From Candidatus Poribacteria bacterium (lineage in GTDB: Bacteria; Poribacteria; WGA-4E; PCPOR2b), in contig OZ244042.1 in assembly GCA_965215015.1 (NCBI GenBank), positions 2,560,001-2,624,000 on the forward strand: DNA of 64,000 nt, given 5' to 3'. Numbering within the stretch: position 1 is the first letter of the stretch; each line of letters starts with the position of its first letter. Both the position numbers and the translations under genes were made by a program. Positions 58,429 to 64,000 of this stretch are shown here, piece by piece. The notes beneath the pieces were generated by a model, which was not told the origin of the DNA, searched no databases, and saw nothing but the letters and a program-made list of their open reading frames with translations.

Positions 58429-60204
58429 ATGTCTGAAATGAAACGGACACATTATTGTGGAGAACTACGGTTTGCCGATGCCGGTAAATCGGCGCGACTC
58501 ACCGGTTGGGTATCCCGCCGCCGAGATCATGGCGGCGTTATTTTTGTAGACCTACGCGATCGAACCGGAATCACGCAGGTGGTCTTCGATCCGATGGTGG
58601 ATCCCGAAGCGCACCGGGCCGCACACGAAATTCGCAACGAATTTGTGTTAAGCGTCAGTGGAAAAGTACGGGAGCGGGGAGAGGGGCTCGTCAACCCCAA
58701 CCTCCTTACCGGCGAGATCGAATTAGCGACAGATGAACTGGAAATCCTAAATGTTGCGAAAACACCCCCCTTTGTTGTCGAGGACAACATTGATACGGCA
58801 GAGGATGTTCGTATGCAGTACCGATATGTTGACCTCCGCCGTCCAACAATGCAGAAGATGCTACAGGTCCGGCACAAAGCGATGCTTGCTGCACGGAAAT
58901 ATATGGATGAACAGGGCTTCCTTGAGATTGAGACGCCAATCTTGATGAACAGTACACCGGAGGGGGCGCGTGATTTTCTGGTGCCAAGCCGGCTCAACCC
59001 CGGCAAATTCTATGCCTTGCCACAGTCCCCACAGCAGTTCAAACAACTATCAATGATGAGCGGTGTAGACCGTTATTTCCAAATCGCGCGTTGTTTCCGT
59101 GACGAAGATACCCGTGCAAATCGGCTGCTTGAATTGACGCAGCTTGATATCGAAATGTCCTTCGCAACCCGGGAGGATGTCATGGAAGTGACGGAAGGAT
59201 TATTCAAGAGAATCTTTGAGGAAGCGGCTGGCATTCCCATCCCTACGCCGCTCCGCCGCATCCCTTACAGTGAGGCAATGGAACGATACGGCACCGATAA
59301 GCCAGATACACGGTTTGGACTGGAGCTCTCCGACCTATCGGATCTGGTGGCGGCCTGTGATTTCAAAGTATTTACGGAGGCATTGACGAGAGGCGGCCAG
59401 GTAAAAGGGATTGCTGTTCCCGGCGGCGCTGCACTTTCCCGAAAGGAAATTGATGATCTCACCGCGCTCGTCGCCATCTATAAAGCAAAGGGATTGGCGT
59501 GGATCAAGGTGACGGAGAACGGTTTTGAGTCGAGCATCGTCAAGTTTTTCAGCGAGGATACCCTCACAGCTATTGGCGAACGGATGGGCGCGAAGCCGGG
59601 AGATATAATGATGTTCGTCGCTGACAAACCGCAGATTGTCGCGGACGCGCTTGCAAGCCTGCGTCTACATCTCGGCGAAAAACTAGAACTGATTGATTAC
59701 GACCGCTTCGATTTCCTGTGGATTATCGATTTCCCACTGTTCTTCTGGAATGCAGAGGAGAATCGTTACGAACCTTCTCAACACCTCTTCACTATGATGC
59801 CCGAGGAGGACATTCCACTGCTGGATAGCGATCCGGGGAAGGCGAGAGGTCTACAATATGACCTGATTATCAACGGAGAAGAGTGCGCCGGGGGTAGCAT
59901 CAGAATTCATCGATGGGAGCTCCAACAGAAGATATTTGAAATTATGAAAATCAAACCTCAGGAGGTGACTGAGCGATTTGGGTACTTCGTTGAAGCATTG
60001 CAATATGGAACACCGCCGCACGGTGGTATTGCTTCGGGGTTAGATCGGATGATGATGCTGATGACTAGCGAAAAAAATATCCGTGAAGTCACCGCGTTTC
60101 CCAAGACCCAGAACGGACTATGTCTTCTCACCGGTGCACCCTCTGAAGTCAACGACGAACAGCTTGAAGAGTTGTCAATTCAGGTTGATGTGGCTGAAGA
60201 TTAA
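58429..60204 (+). CDS. aspS: Aspartate--tRNA ligase (probably non-discriminating)
   Basis: RTHYCG, RRDHGG, STPEGARDF, LPQSPQ, GGSIRIH, PPHGG. Confidence 0.97.
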   Translation: MSEMKRTHYCGELRFADAGKSARLTGWVSRRRDHGGVIFVDLRDRTGITQVVFDPMVDPEAHRAAHEIRNEFVLSVSGKVRERGEGLVNPNLLTGEIELATDELEILNVAKTPPFVVEDNIDTAEDVRMQYRYVDLRRPTMQKMLQVRHKAMLAARKYMDEQGFLEIETPILMNSTPEGARDFLVPSRLNPGKFYALPQSPQQFKQLSMMSGVDRYFQIARCFRDEDTRANRLLELTQLDIEMSFATREDVMEVTEGLFKRIFEEAAGIPIPTPLRRIPYSEAMERYGTDKPDTRFGLELSDLSDLVAACDFKVFTEALTRGGQVKGIAVPGGAALSRKEIDDLTALVAIYKAKGLAWIKVTENGFESSIVKFFSEDTLTAIGERMGAKPGDIMMFVADKPQIVADALASLRLHLGEKLELIDYDRFDFLWIIDFPLFFWNAEENRYEPSQHLFTMMPEEDIPLLDSDPGKARGLQYDLIINGEECAGGSIRIHRWELQQKIFEIMKIKPQEVTERFGYFVEALQYGTPPHGGIASGLDRMMMLMTSEKNIREVTAFPKTQNGLCLLTGAPSEVNDEQLEELSIQVDVAED

Positions 60205-60397
60205 TCAGATTTATGGGGCAGTGCACATAAGTTTTACATCTCATTCATACATCTGTTTTGCGAAACCCATCTCAGACGTCTGACGTCATTATCTAGGGAG
60301 CTTTGTTTTCAGACAGTGCTGGGGCAGTGTAGCTGGTAACCTGTGTCAGGTTGAACACATGTTTCCCGACAAAAGGGCAAAAATGGAAATGGCTGCA

Positions 60398-60610
60398 ATG
60401 AAGGAAAAGATCCATTTCAGTCCAGGAGATTAACAGTTCATTGACCAAGCCATAGATTTTTGACAACCAATGGGTGAACGCGCAGTCCTCATGTTGGTTG
60501 GGAGTCGTGCCGCTAACTTTACCGATGAATGGTCGGACCTTGACCTGTGTATCATTGGCGATAAGCAGCGTCTTTCCCATGAAACCCGGAGAACTCCTGT
60601 TTCCTCAACC
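60398..60610 (+). pseudogene. Pol-beta-type nucleotidyltransferase remnant
   Basis: MKEKIHFSPGD*QFIDQAIDF*QPMGERAVLMLVGSRAANFTDEWSDLDL: GS..SDxD motif with two in-frame stops upstream. Confidence 0.65.
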
Positions 60611-60728
60611 AATTCGAGTGAAGGCAGGTCATCAATTCTTTCAAGTGTTCGTAATGTAGATGCATCGGGCATGACTCTTGCACAAGATATTGTGTGATTT
60701 TTCAATGATAACGAAGGAGATTTTTGAG

Positions 60729-61694
60729 ATGGAGAGAGACCAGTTGCTCAAAAAACGAATTGCAGTGTTGATGGGTGGGAGATCCGGTGAAAGGCAGGTG
60801 TCATTGCGATCCGGAGCAAGAATCACCGCCGCACTTGAACGGCTTGGTGCAGATGTCATGACAATCGATCCAATTGACCTCGATTGGGTGGAGCGGATGC
60901 GAGCCGCCTCAATTGAAATTGCATTTCTGGGGGTACACGGCAAAGGTTGCGAGGATGGAACGATTCAGGGCGTTTTAGAGGCATTTGAGTTTAGCTACAC
61001 CGGTTCCGGGGTGCTCCCAAGTGCGCTGGCAATGAATAAGGTCATGACCAAGCGGGTGCTATCTACGCTGAGCCTCCCGACGCCGGATTACCTCGCCGTT
61101 GACCCGAACCAAAATTTAGATCTGCAATGCGAGGAGGCTGTCGATCGCTTGGGTTTGCCACTTGTGCTTAAACCGGCATCAGAAGGTTCAAGCATTGGGG
61201 TATCGATTATTTGGGAGTTATCAGAGCTGAGGCGGATTGCCTATAAAACTCAACATCAGTTCGGAGAAATCCTTTTTGAGCGATATATCCAAGGGCAGGA
61301 AGTTACTGTTGGGGTACTAGGAATCGGAGCAAATCTCCGTGCTTTGCCCATACTCGAACTGGTTCCTCAACGGGAATTTTACGACTATGAAGCGAAGTAC
61401 ACCAAGGGGATGACAGAGTTTATTATTCCCGCGAGATTGTCCGATTCGCTGACCGAGCAGGTACAGGAGATTGCACTTGGGACACACCAAGCGGTCGGTT
61501 GTTGGGGTGTCTCACGGGTGGACATGTTAGTCGATACCGATGGACAACCTTACGTGATGGAGATTAATACACTACCGGGGTTGACCGATCTTAGCGACCT
61601 ACCAGCACAAGCAGCAGCAGCGGGAATGTCTTATGATGAATTGATCTATGAAATCCTAGAGAGTGCACAAGGGCGTCTCATTGCATTGGATTAG
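60729..61694 (+). CDS. ddl: D-alanine--D-alanine ligase
   Basis: GGRSGERQVSL.SG, HG..CEDG, EGSSIG, YDYEAKY, EINTLPG. Confidence 0.95.
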   Translation: MERDQLLKKRIAVLMGGRSGERQVSLRSGARITAALERLGADVMTIDPIDLDWVERMRAASIEIAFLGVHGKGCEDGTIQGVLEAFEFSYTGSGVLPSALAMNKVMTKRVLSTLSLPTPDYLAVDPNQNLDLQCEEAVDRLGLPLVLKPASEGSSIGVSIIWELSELRRIAYKTQHQFGEILFERYIQGQEVTVGVLGIGANLRALPILELVPQREFYDYEAKYTKGMTEFIIPARLSDSLTEQVQEIALGTHQAVGCWGVSRVDMLVDTDGQPYVMEINTLPGLTDLSDLPAQAAAAGMSYDELIYEILESAQGRLIALD

Positions 61695-61767
61695 TATCGA
61701 TAAGAGATAAGTCCTAATCGATTTGTCGTTAGCACTACTCCGATTTCGATGCATCATACTCAAGTGT

Positions 61768-62802
61768 CTAGGCAGGGATAATTTGCGTAGGAATAACATC
61801 GGAGGCACTCCCCTGCCGAAATTCAATGGCGGAATCAATTATCTTAAAAATATCAAACTGTGGTTGATAACCGATAAGCCGGGCACCTTTGGTCAGATCA
61901 AACTCATAATAGGTCGGCGTGTTTTCCGCTAATCGAACATCAACGTAATCCACGCCTAGCTTCCGCGCCAAATAAGGCACTGTCTCCTCCCATGTAAAAG
62001 GCTTTGGTCCAGCAAGTTGGAAGGTTTCCCCGTTTGACTCCGATTTGCCGATCGCAGCTAAGAAACCGAGCACGATGTCCCGCACATCTGCGATATGTTT
62101 CTTATACGATCTTCCGTTCTCATCCCGTGCGATTAGCAAACGTTCTCCGGCGTTCCCGAACCCTAGTAATTGTTGGCGGGTTTCAGCGGCGGCACCCGTG
62201 GTTTTGTCTGCGTAGGCGTTCTGCCAATGGTCAAGGCGGAACTGGGAAAAATTCAAGATCTCATCGCCAGCAACCACGAAGGCAAAACGGAAAATTGAAA
62301 TCGGCAGCTGATAGCTCCGATGATACCCACGGCACATCTCTTCTCCAAGTACCTTTGAAAGCGCATACCATCCGCCCGGCTTCTGAGGCATCTCGTCTTC
62401 ACGGATGGGTTCTGACACACCACTGGGAAGGTATTTCTCGTAGGTTGCGTCGGTGCTTACAAAGAAGAAGTGTTTGAGATCATCCGTATTTTCACGCGCA
62501 GCCTCTAGCATGTTGAACGTGCCGCGCGCATTAATCTCGAAATAGTCCTCATTAGAGAAGGGACCCCCGCCTTGGAATGCTGCTCCAAGATGACAAATCG
62601 CTTCTACTCCAGCGACTGCTTTGTTTACATCCGCAGAATTAACTAAGCTTCCCTCAACTAATTCAACCGGAAGCCCTTCAAACTTTTCCAGTCGCAAATC
62701 CTTTTCCCAAACCAATCCGCGGACTTCATGTCCTTCATCAATGAGTGCTTTGGCAAGATTTGCACCAATTCTGCCAGATATGCCGGTAACCAGAATTTTC
62801 AT
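61768..62802 (-). CDS. NAD-dependent epimerase/dehydratase
   Basis: TGISGRIG, YALSK, ADVRD. Confidence 0.88.
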   Translation of the reverse strand: MKILVTGISGRIGANLAKALIDEGHEVRGLVWEKDLRLEKFEGLPVELVEGSLVNSADVNKAVAGVEAICHLGAAFQGGGPFSNEDYFEINARGTFNMLEAARENTDDLKHFFFVSTDATYEKYLPSGVSEPIREDEMPQKPGGWYALSKVLGEEMCRGYHRSYQLPISIFRFAFVVAGDEILNFSQFRLDHWQNAYADKTTGAAAETRQQLLGFGNAGERLLIARDENGRSYKKHIADVRDIVLGFLAAIGKSESNGETFQLAGPKPFTWEETVPYLARKLGVDYVDVRLAENTPTYYEFDLTKGARLIGYQPQFDIFKIIDSAIEFRQGSASDVIPTQIIPA

Positions 62803-62891
62803 AAAAGACCTCTCTCAATTTTATTCCAAACTAAGCCAGTTTTTTGTTTGTGATTTTGACCCTATTTTGTTATTATGTTGTTATATTTTAG

Positions 62892-62993
62892 AGGAGTTAG
62901 GCACTTGAGTGTGTCGTGACGTCATTCAACCCACGATGACCATTGCGCGCCCTTTTCTGGTGTTGACGTTGAACCTTCAACTGCCTAAGACCC
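62892..62993. mobile_element. 102-bp MITE-like element (copy 2, inverted)
   Basis: Reverse complement of 56596-56697 with few mismatches. Confidence 0.8.
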
Positions 62994-63000
62994 AATCTTA

Positions 63001-63754
63001 CTAAAGTTTGTACAATTTAGGTGAAAAGGACAGAAAAGAGGGTATCCTTTCAGCAATCCACCACAATTTTGAAAGGAGAGTTATAATGCACCGCATTTTC
63101 TGGCTTGCTGCTATTTTAACACAATTTCGTCCCGTATTCAACCGTCAAAACTTCGACCTGTTTTGCCCCTTCATTGTCGGTCTTATCACTCACCGACCCC
63201 CTGCCACGGTGCCCAGCATTTATCAAGAGGTTCGCCTCAAAAGTGGTTACGGTTCATTGGTAAAGTGTCTCTTCCGTGGCAAATGGGACGGCGATCCGGT
63301 TGCCAAACATCTGATTAAGTTGCTACATAGGGGGTTGCCAACTTCTCTACGTTTACCACGAGCCCCGGGCGATATAGGCCGGGTGCAAACAATTTGGACT
63401 CTATTTCTTTAGAAATCATCGCTCTCCCAAGCGCATCACCAATCTATCAAAGTTTGACTAAAGTATCAATCGAGATGGGTGCAATTCAGTTTCGTGGCAA
63501 ATTGTCTGACCCAATGCCTATTCAACGCCCCTGTGCCCCAGGCATTCCACAATCAAGGGGGTATGCCGGGCATTGGGCATGGATTTTGGTATCGCCCCCG
63601 TAAGTTGACACGTGGGTTGATGATGGAGTACCTGTCTGCCTTAATTGAGAGACGTTTATTTTCGGCGACAACCCCGAAGCGACTCACTCGCTCGATATTC
63701 AACGGCCCCTTAGATAAAGCTGCATCAATCGGATACAAATTGTACAAACTTTAG
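63001..63754 (+). mobile_element. Internally deleted DDE insertion sequence (IS701-like) with intact ends
   Basis: Perfect 18-bp TIR CTAAAGTTTGTACAATTT/AAATTGTACAAACTTTAG, TTA on both flanks, broken transposase-like frame from ATG 63086. Confidence 0.8.
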
Positions 63755-63800
63755 TTATTTCAATTGAAAAGAGAAATTACACAAAAAAGGATTTGCCATT

Positions 63801-64000
63801 ATGTCTTATAAATATAAAGTGTTGATGACAGACTATGCTTGGCCCTCCGTCGAGCCGGAGCGGCGGGTCTTAGAAGAGATAGGTGCAGAACTAATCGTTG
63901 CGGAGAGCGGAACGGAGACAGAATTTATCGAATTGGCACCTCAAGTCGACGGTATCCTTACCTGTTGGCTCCATGTGACCACGGCGGTCGTTGAGGCTGC
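63801..64000 (+). CDS. D-2-hydroxyacid dehydrogenase (CtBP-like), 5' part
   Basis: Hand translation MSYKYKVLMTDYAWPSVEPERRVLEEIGAEL..VDGILTCW; runs off the window. Confidence 0.75.
   Translation, partial: MSYKYKVLMTDYAWPSVEPERRVLEEIGAELIVAESGTETEFIELAPQVDGILTCWLHVTTAVVEA

Noticed and set aside
60470-60697. Intact MNT antitoxin of an MNT-HEPN pair
   Set aside because: The upstream in-frame coding sequence has two stops, the similarity ends abruptly, and no HEPN partner follows.

Overview
Bacterial chromosomal window, probably from Candidatus Poribacteria. This is an inference from several phytanoyl-CoA dioxygenase-family genes, a TolB/PD40 protein ending in a Poribacteria-type TxWG tail, and a giant secreted protein with an NYPNPFNP C-terminal domain. 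Housekeeping genes (thrB, obgE, proB, argF, thrC, rng-rplU-rpmA, rnhC, thiI, lpoB, hisS, aspS, ddl) are mixed with accessory catabolic enzymes, IS605/TnpB-derived remnants, MITE/REP repeats and gene fragments. Main highlights: (i) an intact 917-aa P-type ATPase homologue with its core catalytic motifs replaced, including the phosphorylated Asp; (ii) a tandem pair of Fe/2OG enzymes with a halogenase-type HxA motif, inside a Tm-1/PhyH/enolase/SDR cluster; (iii) a PorX-like REC-PglZ regulator directly behind a sensor kinase, near a 2319-aa repeat protein with a T9SS-like tail and duplicated promoters; (iv) a repeat array built from TnpB zinc-ribbon fragments; (v) a probable ~22-kb inversion separating rpmA from obgE; (vi) an exact 152-bp duplication that is probably an assembly artefact. 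No rRNA, tRNA or CRISPR array was recognised. All calls come from reading motifs by eye; no database search was run.
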